A stretch of 64,000 nt of DNA from Oscillospiraceae bacterium (lineage in GTDB: Bacteria > Bacillota > Clostridia > Oscillospirales > CAG-272): positions 5,361-69,360 of the forward strand of contig SVRT01000007.1 of NCBI GenBank assembly GCA_015064685.1, written 5' to 3'. The notes below the pieces were generated by a model. That model searched no databases and was not told the DNA's origin. It saw only the letters and a program-made list of their open reading frames with translations. Positions within the stretch are counted from its first letter, which is position 1. Each line of letters starts with the position of its first letter. Below, piece by piece: positions 17,062 through 25,844 of the stretch. The translations under genes and the position numbers were made by a program.

Positions 17062-17250
17062 AAGACAAGTCTTATATGATAAGGCATACACAGAGAGAAA
17101 GCAATTGGTGAAAGCTTTTTATGCTTACGTATAGGGTACCACTTTTGCGAGCAATTCAATAATCAATGAGATAAAAGCTCGGGTGGAACCGTGCGTAAGT
17201 TATGCACCCCGAACACAGGATGACTGTGTTCGGGGTATTTTATTTTGTTG
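17062..17250 (+). promoter_or_regulatory. T-box riboswitch leader (Thr specifier ACC) controlling thrS
   Basis: Stem I elements (AGAGAG, GGTGAAAG). Candidate specifier ACC-A at 17138-17141. T-box core GCTCGGGTGGAACCGTGCG (17178-17195). Terminator CCCCGAACACAG/CTGTGTTCGGGG (17207-17235) plus a T-run. Confidence 0.8.
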
Positions 17251-17287
17251 GAAAATTTTTTATATACAATCAAGAAAGGCGAAAAAA

Positions 17288-19228
17288 ATGAAAATCAATT
17301 TTGGTTCACAGATTTATGAATCTGATGCTCCCGTTACGGTGTACGATGCCGCAAAGGAAGCGTTCGGAATGGTAGAGAGAAGCGTTATTGCCGCCAGTGT
17401 AAACGGCGAGACGGTTGCTCTCAATTACGAGATCGGCAATGATGCTGACGTTCAGCTGCTTACGTTTGCTGACAAGGAAGGCGCACACGTATTCAGACAC
17501 ACTGCGTCTCACATTCTTGCGCAGGCGGTCAAGAGACTGTACCCCGAGACGAAGCTTACTATCGGTCCCGCTATTGAGGATGGTTTTTACTATGATTTTG
17601 ACAGCGACATCGCTTTCACACCCGACATTCTCAAAAATCTTGAGGGAGAGATGAAAAAGATCGTCAAGGAAAATCTCAAGATCGAGCGTTTTGAGCTTCC
17701 TCGAGATGAAGCTATCGCATTTATGACAGAGAAGAATGAGCCCTACAAGGTTCAGCTTATCGAGGAACTTCCTGAGGGCGAGGCCATCAGCTTCTACCGT
17801 CAGGGTGAGTTTACAGACCTTTGCGCAGGTCCTCATCTTTTCGCAACCGGTGCTGTAAAGGCGTTCAAGCTTACTCAGTGCACAGGTGCTTATTGGAAGG
17901 GCGACCAGAACAACAAGCAGCTCCAGAGAATATACGGTCTTGCATTCCCCTCAAAGGACGAGCTTAACGCATACGTAACTATGCTCGAAGAGGCAAGAAA
18001 GCGCGACCACAACAAGATCGGCCGTGAGCTTGAATATTTTACGACGGTCGATTCTATTGGTCAGGGACTTCCCATTATTATGCCTAAGGGCGCGCGTGTT
18101 GTTCAGACTCTCCAGAGATGGATCGAGGACGAGGAGCAGAGAAGAGGCTACCTTCTTACAAAGACACCTCTTATGGCAAAGCGTGATCTTTACAAGATCT
18201 CGGGTCACTGGGATCACTACCGTGACGGAATGTTCATTCTAGGAGATGCTGACGATGAGACGAAAGAGTGCTTTGCGCTCCGTCCTATGACTTGCCCCTT
18301 CCAGTATCAGGTATTCCTCAACAAGAAGCGATCCTACAGAGATCTTCCCATGAGACTTGGCGAGACCTCTACGCTCTTCAGGAACGAGGATAGCGGTGAG
18401 ATGCACGGTCTTATCCGCGTTCGTCAGTTCACTATCTCAGAGGGACATCTTATCCTTCGTCCCGAGCAGCTTGCAGAGGAGTTCAAGGGTTGTCTTGACC
18501 TCGCTCTCTATTGCCTTGATACTCTCGGACTTCGCGAGGATTGCTCCTTCCGTTTCTCACAGTGGGATCCCAAGCGTACTGATAAGTACGAGGGTACGCC
18601 CGAGCAGTGGGACGAGGCACAGGGAATCATGGAAAAGCTCCTTAACGAGAACCTTGGCGAGGGTAACTATGCGATAGGTATCGACGAGGCTGCATTCTAT
18701 GGTCCCAAGCTTGATATCCAGATAAAGAACGTCTTCGGTAAGGAGGATACTCTCATTACCATCCAGATCGATATGCTTCTTGCTAAGAAGTTTGGTATGG
18801 AATACGTTGATTCCGATAATACTCTCAAGACTCCCTATATTATTCACCGTACAAGCATGGGATGCTATGAGAGGACTCTTGCACTCCTTCTTGAGAAGTA
18901 CGCAGGCGCGCTTCCCACATGGATGGCTCCTGTTCAGGTAAGAATGCTTCCTATTGGTGACGAACAGGTAGCATACTGTGAGGAGATCGAGAAGAAGCTT
19001 ATCGCTCTCGGTGTTCGCTGTGAGGTAGATCGCAGAAACGAGACTATCGGTTACAAGCTCCGCAATGCACAGCTTGAAAAGCTGCCATACATGGTCGTTG
19101 TCGGTGCTAAGGAGGTTGAAAGCAACACGGTTGCCGTTCGTTCCAGAAAGGATGGCGAAAAGGGCGCTATGAGCGTTGATCAGTTTATCAGTGAGCTGCT
19201 CCTTGAAATAGCAGAGAAAAGAAGATAA
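17288..19228 (+). CDS. thrS: threonine--tRNA ligase
   Basis: 646 aa from MKINFGSQIY. TGS domain, editing domain (HTASHILAQA), class II core (FRNEDSGEMHGLIRVRQF) and anticodon-binding domain. The 681-aa ORF extension runs through the T-box terminator and is rejected. Confidence 0.9.
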   Translation: MKINFGSQIYESDAPVTVYDAAKEAFGMVERSVIAASVNGETVALNYEIGNDADVQLLTFADKEGAHVFRHTASHILAQAVKRLYPETKLTIGPAIEDGFYYDFDSDIAFTPDILKNLEGEMKKIVKENLKIERFELPRDEAIAFMTEKNEPYKVQLIEELPEGEAISFYRQGEFTDLCAGPHLFATGAVKAFKLTQCTGAYWKGDQNNKQLQRIYGLAFPSKDELNAYVTMLEEARKRDHNKIGRELEYFTTVDSIGQGLPIIMPKGARVVQTLQRWIEDEEQRRGYLLTKTPLMAKRDLYKISGHWDHYRDGMFILGDADDETKECFALRPMTCPFQYQVFLNKKRSYRDLPMRLGETSTLFRNEDSGEMHGLIRVRQFTISEGHLILRPEQLAEEFKGCLDLALYCLDTLGLREDCSFRFSQWDPKRTDKYEGTPEQWDEAQGIMEKLLNENLGEGNYAIGIDEAAFYGPKLDIQIKNVFGKEDTLITIQIDMLLAKKFGMEYVDSDNTLKTPYIIHRTSMGCYERTLALLLEKYAGALPTWMAPVQVRMLPIGDEQVAYCEEIEKKLIALGVRCEVDRRNETIGYKLRNAQLEKLPYMVVVGAKEVESNTVAVRSRKDGEKGAMSVDQFISELLLEIAEKRR

Positions 19229-19233
19229 ATAAC

Positions 19234-19264
19234 AAAGGGACGGATGCAGATCCGTCCCTTTTGT
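19234..19264 (+). terminator. intrinsic terminator after thrS
   Basis: GGGACGGAT-GCAG-ATCCGTCCC followed by TTTTG. Confidence 0.7.
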
Positions 19265-19389
19265 GAAAAAACAGGGTATTTACCAGAACATATAGTATAA
19301 TTATTAAAATATTTACAAATAAGATATTTACAAATTGAGGAAAATGTAGTAGAATTAATAGGTAAATCTATATGCTTAGGAGAAGTGCT

Positions 19390-20106
19390 ATGTCGACCCC
19401 TGTTTACAAGCGTGTTTTAGTTAAAATTTCGGGTGAGGCTCTCAAAAACGGTTGCGAGAGCGATATCCTCGATTTCGATTTTATGGACAAGGTAGTTTTA
19501 TCCGTTGGCAAGTGCCTCGATGCAGGCGTTCAGGTCGCAATTATCGTAGGTGCAGGCAATATCTGGAGAGGCGCGAGGAAGGGCGTTGGAATGAACCGTG
19601 CAAGAGCAGACCATATGGGAATGCTTGCGACAGTCATTAATGCTTTGGCGCTTCAGGATGCGTTTATCAGAAACGGTCGAAAGGCAAAAGTGCTTTCGAC
19701 GGTTGAAATGAACACCTTTGCGGATTTCTATACGCAAAGAGATGCCGACGAATATCTTAATGCCGGAAATGTAGTTATATTTGGTGGTGGACTCGGTGCT
19801 CCGTATTTCTCAACAGACACACCCGCTGTAGTGAGAGCTGCAGAGATCAATGCCGACATCGTCCTTATGGCGAAGAATATTGACGGTCTTTACACAGCCG
19901 ATCCCAAAAAAGACCCCAATGCGACGAGATACGATGATGTGACTTATGCCGAAATCCTTGAAAAGGATCTTAAAGCATTCGACCTTACAGCGATTTCATT
20001 CTGCAACGAGAACGGAATTGACAGTTTCGCGTTCGGTCTTTCGGATCCCGATAACATATACCGCGCCGTTATGGGCGAGGCAATCGGAACAAAAATGCAT
20101 AAATAA
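19390..20106 (+). CDS. pyrH: UMP kinase
   Basis: YKRVLVKISGEAL, GAGNIWRG and GGGLGAPYFSTDT motifs. ATG 19390 lies 7 nt after AGGAG (alternative start 19372). Confidence 0.9.
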   Translation: MSTPVYKRVLVKISGEALKNGCESDILDFDFMDKVVLSVGKCLDAGVQVAIIVGAGNIWRGARKGVGMNRARADHMGMLATVINALALQDAFIRNGRKAKVLSTVEMNTFADFYTQRDADEYLNAGNVVIFGGGLGAPYFSTDTPAVVRAAEINADIVLMAKNIDGLYTADPKKDPNATRYDDVTYAEILEKDLKAFDLTAISFCNENGIDSFAFGLSDPDNIYRAVMGEAIGTKMHK

Positions 20107-20134
20107 TTTTTCAAACATAGAAAGGAATCCCATT

Positions 20135-20689
20135 ATGAAGTATAATACAAGAGACGTTGAAGACAAGATGAGCAAATCCATCGCTTCCTACGAGACAAAC
20201 CTCGCATCTATCCGCGCAAGCCAGGCAAATCCCGCAGTTCTTAACAGAGTTACGTTTGATTACTGGGGATCCCCCGCCGAGATCACTTCTATGGCTAACG
20301 TAAGAGTTGCTGACGCCAAGACACTTGAGATCATTCCTTACGATGCAAGCACACTTAAGGCTATGGAGAAGGCAATTCAGACAAGTGATATCGGTATCAA
20401 TCCTTCCAATGACGGTAAGATCATCCGTCTCGTGTTCCCTCAGCTTACTGAGGAGCGCAGAAAAGAGCTTGCTAAGCAGGTTCAAAAGATGGGTGAGGAG
20501 TGCAAGGTTGCAATCAGAAACATCAGACGTGCTGCTAACGATGACATCAAAAAGCAGAAGAAGGATAACATTCTTACAGAGGACGACGTAAAGGATGCCG
20601 AGAAGGCTGTCCAGGATATCACAGATAAGTATATCAAGAGCGTAGATACGATCACAGCTGCTAAGGAGAAGGAGATCATGAAGGTCTGA
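20135..20689 (+). CDS. frr: ribosome recycling factor
   Basis: 184 aa from MKYNTRDVEDKM. NLASIRASQANPAVLNRV...IPYDAS...INPSNDGKIIRLVFPQLTEERRKEL is canonical Frr. The upstream part of the 247-aa ORF overlaps pyrH. Confidence 0.9.
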   Translation: MKYNTRDVEDKMSKSIASYETNLASIRASQANPAVLNRVTFDYWGSPAEITSMANVRVADAKTLEIIPYDASTLKAMEKAIQTSDIGINPSNDGKIIRLVFPQLTEERRKELAKQVQKMGEECKVAIRNIRRAANDDIKKQKKDNILTEDDVKDAEKAVQDITDKYIKSVDTITAAKEKEIMKV

Positions 20690-20722
20690 TCCCCCTTTGT
20701 CCGTTATCAGTAAATACGGTAT

Positions 20723-20756
20723 AAAGCGGAAGTGAACAAAAGCTTCCGCTTTATTT
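20723..20756 (+). terminator. hairpin plus U-tract between frr and uppS (probably a partial terminator)
   Basis: AGCGGAAG (20725-20732) / CTTCCGCT (20743-20750) followed by TTATTT. Confidence 0.5.
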
Positions 20757-20781
20757 ACAATTTAAAAGGGAGTGAGTAAGA

Positions 20782-21483
20782 GTGGATAGGGAAAAGGTTA
20801 TAGAGATAGATGACCGCCTTCAGCATATCGCCTTTATAATGGACGGCAACGGTCGTTGGGCAAACAGGCGCGGTATGCCACGTGAGTTAGGGCATAAAAA
20901 AGGTGTTGAGGTTTTTACCGACATAACAGAATACTGTCATAAAATCGGAATAAAATATATTACGGTGTATGCCTTTTCAACCGAGAATTGGAAAAGACCT
21001 CAAAAAGAGGTCGAATCTATTATGAAGCTGCTTGATGAATATCTTGACAAAAGTGCTTCAGAGGATGCTTGCGTGCGTTTTATAGGTGACAGTAGCAGAC
21101 TTGATCCGGCACTGGCAGAAAAGATCAGATTAATGGAAGAGAAGACCCGAAACGGTACGAGGGTGTTAAACGTTGCCTTGAATTATGGCTCCAGAGCTGA
21201 GATCGTCAATGCTTTTAACAAGCTTGCTGCGGCAGGAAAAAGAGAAATAACAGAGCAGGATATATGCTCTGCACTCTATACGTGCGGATGTCCCGATCCC
21301 GATCTTATAGTCAGGACGGGCGGAGACCTTCGAATATCCAATTTCTTGCTTTGGCAAGCGGCTTACTCCGAGCTTTATTTTACCGATACTCTTTGGCCCG
21401 ATATGACGTCGAAGGACGTTGATCTCGCGATAGAGGATTTTTATTCAAGAAAAAGACGCTTTGGCGGTCTTGATAAAAAGTAA
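20782..21483 (+). CDS. uppS: isoprenyl transferase (undecaprenyl-diphosphate synthase)
   Basis: HIAFIMDGNGRWA, AFSTENWKRP and RTGGDLRISNFLLWQAAYSELYF. GTG start after GGGAG. Confidence 0.9.
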   Translation: MDREKVIEIDDRLQHIAFIMDGNGRWANRRGMPRELGHKKGVEVFTDITEYCHKIGIKYITVYAFSTENWKRPQKEVESIMKLLDEYLDKSASEDACVRFIGDSSRLDPALAEKIRLMEEKTRNGTRVLNVALNYGSRAEIVNAFNKLAAAGKREITEQDICSALYTCGCPDPDLIVRTGGDLRISNFLLWQAAYSELYFTDTLWPDMTSKDVDLAIEDFYSRKRRFGGLDKK

Positions 21484-21503
21484 TTTGGCAGAGGTTATGT
21501 GAA

Positions 21504-22361
21504 ATGTTAAAAAGAATAATCACCTCAATTATTGCGGTAATGATATTTATTCCCATACTTGTGTTCAGCAACACGTGGGTTTTTCCGATAGCGATGTCAT
21601 TTGCGTGTCTTGTTGCATGCTTTGAAATGATGTCCTGCATAGGTCAGAAAAAGAATATTTGGTTGATGATCCCTATTTGCTTGATAGGACTGGCATTTCC
21701 TATAGGTATGCGATACGCTTACCTGATGAGTGCTCAGCATCCGAACACATTCTTTGAGGTCATTAAGCTGGCTATGGGTATTTTCTTTATCCTGGCGTTG
21801 TATATTTTCAGCGTAGCGGTCTTTGACCACAAGAAATTACCTATTACCGATGCAGGTCTTATTTATGCATCGATCGCGTATATAGTTGCCGCATTTACGT
21901 CAATTGTTTACATACACGATTTCATTGATTACGGTGGATACATCTATCTGCTCGTATTCATCTGTGCATGGATCACAGATACTTTTGCATACTTTACCGG
22001 AAGATTCTTTGGAAAGCATAAGCTTATTCCCGAGGTAAGTCCCAAGAAGACTGTTGAAGGGGCAATCGGGGGAGTTGTTTTCTGCGTTATCTCCGCAATA
22101 ATCTTTGCGATTGTCGTTGAGAATTTCTTTATTGGTACGGGAAAGGCAAACTACCTCGTGCTTGGAATAAGTGCAGTGTTTATTTCCGTTGTTTCTCAGA
22201 CAGGAGACCTCATAATGTCGGTTATCAAGAGACACTACGGAATCAAGGACTACGGCAAGCTTTTCCCGGGACACGGCGGAATTCTTGACCGCTTTGACTC
22301 GGTATTGGCAGTATCGATTTTGTTTGCGGTTATTTGCACCTACTTCAATATGTTTTCATAA
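21504..22361 (+). CDS. cdsA: phosphatidate cytidylyltransferase
   Basis: Polytopic membrane protein with the CDS signature SPKKTVEG...S..KRHYGIKDYGKLFPGHGGILDRFDS. Confidence 0.9.
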   Translation: MLKRIITSIIAVMIFIPILVFSNTWVFPIAMSFACLVACFEMMSCIGQKKNIWLMIPICLIGLAFPIGMRYAYLMSAQHPNTFFEVIKLAMGIFFILALYIFSVAVFDHKKLPITDAGLIYASIAYIVAAFTSIVYIHDFIDYGGYIYLLVFICAWITDTFAYFTGRFFGKHKLIPEVSPKKTVEGAIGGVVFCVISAIIFAIVVENFFIGTGKANYLVLGISAVFISVVSQTGDLIMSVIKRHYGIKDYGKLFPGHGGILDRFDSVLAVSILFAVICTYFNMFS

Positions 22362-22370
22362 GGAGAAGCA

Positions 22371-23546
22371 ATGAACAAAGCACCTGATATGATCGTTCTG
22401 GGATCTACCGGATCGGTCGGAAAACAAGCAATAGACGTTGCGCAGCAGTTAGGAATAAAGGTCAACGCGCTATCCGCAAATAAGGATGTTGAAACGGTAG
22501 AGTCACAGGCGAGACAGTTTAACGTCAAGGCGTGTGCTATGAGTGATGAGAGTTCGGCAATGGATCTTCGCCAAAGACTTTCCGATACTGAAATAAAGGT
22601 ATATTGCGGCAGTGCGGGAATCTGTGAAATGATAGCAGAGACCGGTACCGATAACGAGAATGGGCAGGTAGTCGAAAACTCAATTCTCGGAGAGGCGGGG
22701 CTTAAGCCGACGCTTGCAACGCTCAAAAGCAAAAAGAAGCTCGCATTAGCTAATAAAGAATCGCTTGTCGTTGGCGGTGAGACGGTAATGAAGGCTGCAA
22801 GGGAAAGCGGAAACGAGATACTTCCCGTAGACAGTGAGCATTGCGCCATTTTCCAATGTCTCAGATCGGGAAGGCACAAGGAGATCAAGAATATTATCCT
22901 TACCGCATCGGGCGGACCGTTTTTCGGATATACCACGGAGATGCTCAGGGACGTTACTCTTGAGAGAACACTTGAACACCCGACATGGAATATGGGTGCG
23001 AAAATTACCGTTGATAGCGCTACGCTTATGAATAAGGGCTTTGAAGTTATCGAGGCTGTTCACCTTTTTGGAGTCAGACCCGAGCAGATAAAGGTCGTGG
23101 TTCACAGAGAGAGTATAATTCATTCAGCCGTTGAATATATTGACAATAGCGTGATCGCACAGATGTCTGTTCCCGATATGCGTCATTGTGTGCAATATGC
23201 GGTTTCCCATCCCGAAAGGTGCGAGGCGACGACAGAGGAGCTGGACCTCTTTTCAATCGGCAAGCTCACTTTTGCAAAGCCGGATACGGATACGTTCGTT
23301 CTTCTCAAAAAAGCTTTTGAGGTTATATCATACGGCGGAGCTTTGCCTGCGGTTCTCAACGCGTCAAACGAAGAGGTGGTTGCGGCATTCCTTGTCGGCA
23401 AAATTGACTTTTATCAGATACCTGGAATCGTTTGTGATGTGGTAGACAGATTCAAGTTTGCATCGACTGAGCACGATCTCGACGAGATATTGAGGATCGC
23501 GCAAGAATCAAGAGACGTTGCAAACGATCTTATTTCAAGAAAATAA
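22371..23546 (+). CDS. dxr: 1-deoxy-D-xylulose 5-phosphate reductoisomerase
   Basis: GSTGSVG NADPH motif, LANKESLV, PVDSEH, HPTWNMGAKITVDSATLMNKG. Confidence 0.9.
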   Translation: MNKAPDMIVLGSTGSVGKQAIDVAQQLGIKVNALSANKDVETVESQARQFNVKACAMSDESSAMDLRQRLSDTEIKVYCGSAGICEMIAETGTDNENGQVVENSILGEAGLKPTLATLKSKKKLALANKESLVVGGETVMKAARESGNEILPVDSEHCAIFQCLRSGRHKEIKNIILTASGGPFFGYTTEMLRDVTLERTLEHPTWNMGAKITVDSATLMNKGFEVIEAVHLFGVRPEQIKVVVHRESIIHSAVEYIDNSVIAQMSVPDMRHCVQYAVSHPERCEATTEELDLFSIGKLTFAKPDTDTFVLLKKAFEVISYGGALPAVLNASNEEVVAAFLVGKIDFYQIPGIVCDVVDRFKFASTEHDLDEILRIAQESRDVANDLISRK

Positions 23547-23573
23547 TTTTTATTTCGAGGTTCCCATAGATAT

Positions 23574-24734
23574 ATGAATACTTTGTTGTATTTGCTTTTG
23601 ACACTGTTACTGTTGAGTATTATGGTCGTTATTCACGAGCTTGGTCATTTTCTTTTTGCCAAGCTTTTTCATGTAACCGTTCTTGAGTTTTCGGTTGGTA
23701 TGGGACCGGCAATTTTTTCAACAAAAAAACGTGATAAAAAGAAGCTCAGAAGCGATGAATTTGAGATTGCGGGAACCTTCAGATCCACAGATGAATCAAA
23801 GGATGAGCAGTTGAATGTTGACGCCTTGAGGGAAGACGGCGAAGCTCCCAAAACCGTATTCAGTATAAGGGCTTTGCCTATAGGCGGTTATGTCAGTATG
23901 GCTGGCGAGGATGAAGCCTCAACGGATGTAAATGCCTTTTGTAATAAGCCCGTGTGGCAGAGATTTATTATTACTGTTGCAGGCGCAGTTATGAATATAC
24001 TGCTGGGTGTTATTTGCATGTTTACCCTGGTGGGAATCGAGAGCGCGCAGGACGGATATCTCGCATCGAATACCATATATGCCTTTCAGGAGAATTCCGT
24101 ATCCGACAAATGCGAGTCTCCTCTAATGGCTGGAGACACCGTTATCAAGGTTGATGGTGTAAGAGTTCACACGGGTAATGAGCTCGTGTATGAAATAATG
24201 AACAGCGGATACGAGCCGATCGATCTCGTCGTCCTTCGCGACGGCAAGCAGATCACACTCAAAGACGTGGAGTTTCCCACTGAATCGAGTGCCGGTGCAA
24301 CGTTTGGCAACTATGATTTTGTTATGCTTGCGGAAGAAGCGAATTTCAAAACAGTTTTGAAGCATTCATTCTTCAGGTCTTTTTCAACCGTCAAGGTAAT
24401 AATTGACAGTCTTGCTGATCTGATCGGGGGCCGTTACGGTGCCGAGGCGGTGTCAGGCCCGGTCGGAATGGCGGATGCGGTAGGTGAAGCCACGAAAACA
24501 GGATTTAATTCTATTCTGTATTTGTTTACATTGATAACAATGAACCTTGGCGTTTTTAATCTGTTGCCTCTTCCTGCGCTTGATGGCGGAAGACTTATCT
24601 TCCTGATAATTGAGGGAATAAGAAGAAAGCCGATCAAAAAGGAGATAGAGCAGGCTATCAATACCGTAGGAATAATGCTTCTTATGGCATTGATGCTGCT
24701 GGTTACCGTTAAGGATATTTTCAATTTGTTCTGA
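23574..24734 (+). CDS. rseP: RIP metalloprotease RseP (site-2 protease, M50 family)
   Basis: HELGHF zinc motif in TM1, PDZ-like central region, C-terminal NLLPLPALDGG motif. Confidence 0.9.
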   Translation: MNTLLYLLLTLLLLSIMVVIHELGHFLFAKLFHVTVLEFSVGMGPAIFSTKKRDKKKLRSDEFEIAGTFRSTDESKDEQLNVDALREDGEAPKTVFSIRALPIGGYVSMAGEDEASTDVNAFCNKPVWQRFIITVAGAVMNILLGVICMFTLVGIESAQDGYLASNTIYAFQENSVSDKCESPLMAGDTVIKVDGVRVHTGNELVYEIMNSGYEPIDLVVLRDGKQITLKDVEFPTESSAGATFGNYDFVMLAEEANFKTVLKHSFFRSFSTVKVIIDSLADLIGGRYGAEAVSGPVGMADAVGEATKTGFNSILYLFTLITMNLGVFNLLPLPALDGGRLIFLIIEGIRRKPIKKEIEQAINTVGIMLLMALMLLVTVKDIFNLF

Positions 24735-24748
24735 TAAGAAGGCTTAAT

Positions 24749-25840
24749 ATGATATATAACGATATAAGACGTAAAACAAGAGAAATAACTGTTGGTGACG
24801 TAAAGCTTGGCGGAAACAATAAAATAGCTATACAGTCGATGACCAATACCGACACAAGGGATGCGGATGCAACCCTAGAGCAGATCAAGCGTCTTGCGAG
24901 TGCGGGATGTGATATCGTTCGTATAACAGTACCGGATGCTGCTGCCGCCGAAACGGTGAGGATCATCAAAAAAAGCGGTATTAGGACTCCGATAGTGGCT
25001 GATATCCATTTTGATTACCGCGCCGCGCTTAAATCTGCAGAATATGGGGTGGATAAGATACGAATCAATCCCGGCAACATTGGAGATGAGGATCGGGTCG
25101 TCGCAGTAATAAATGCGTGCAAGGAGAGGAATATACCCATAAGAATCGGTGTTAACAGTGGCTCGCTTGAAAAGCATATATTGGAAAAGTATGGCGCACC
25201 TACTCCCGAAGCGCTTTGTGAAAGCGCGCTCTATCACGCGTCTATACTAGAAAGATACGGTTTCTATGATACAGCGATTTCAATAAAATCATCCGACGTT
25301 GCGTCAATGATTAAGGCAAACAGACTTGTCGCAGAGAGGTGTGATTATCCCATACACATCGGAGTAACCGAGGCGGGAGATGAGCAAAGCGGAGCAATTA
25401 AGAGCGCGATCGGTGTTGGAGCTTTGCTTTGCGACGGAATCGGTGATACTCTCAGAGTATCTCTGACCGCCGACCCCGTGCGTGAGATTGCCGCTGCTAA
25501 GGAGATACTTAATGCATTGAATATCGAGGGACAGTGCGGAATGAATATAGTCAGCTGTCCGACGTGCGGAAGAACAAAGATCGACCTCATTGACTTGAGC
25601 AGAAGATTCAAGCAAGCGATCGAGGCAGAAGGACTTACAGATCTTCCGATAACAGTTGCGCTTATGGGATGCATTGTTAACGGACCCGGTGAGGCTCACG
25701 AGGCAGATATAGGAATCGCGGGTGGAGTCGGAGAGGCCCTTTTGTTCGCTCACGGAGAGACAGTAGGTAAAATTTCGGAAGAGGACATTATTCCCGTGCT
25801 GATCAGGGAAATTAAAAAAATAAAGAACGAAAGAAACTGA
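24749..25840 (+). CDS. ispG: 4-hydroxy-3-methylbut-2-en-1-yl diphosphate synthase (flavodoxin)
   Basis: IAIQSMTNT, RINPGNIG, and the C-terminal 4Fe-4S cysteines CPTCGR...GCIVNGPGE. Confidence 0.9.
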   Translation: MIYNDIRRKTREITVGDVKLGGNNKIAIQSMTNTDTRDADATLEQIKRLASAGCDIVRITVPDAAAAETVRIIKKSGIRTPIVADIHFDYRAALKSAEYGVDKIRINPGNIGDEDRVVAVINACKERNIPIRIGVNSGSLEKHILEKYGAPTPEALCESALYHASILERYGFYDTAISIKSSDVASMIKANRLVAERCDYPIHIGVTEAGDEQSGAIKSAIGVGALLCDGIGDTLRVSLTADPVREIAAAKEILNALNIEGQCGMNIVSCPTCGRTKIDLIDLSRRFKQAIEAEGLTDLPITVALMGCIVNGPGEAHEADIGIAGGVGEALLFAHGETVGKISEEDIIPVLIREIKKIKNERN

Positions 25841-25844
25841 CAAA

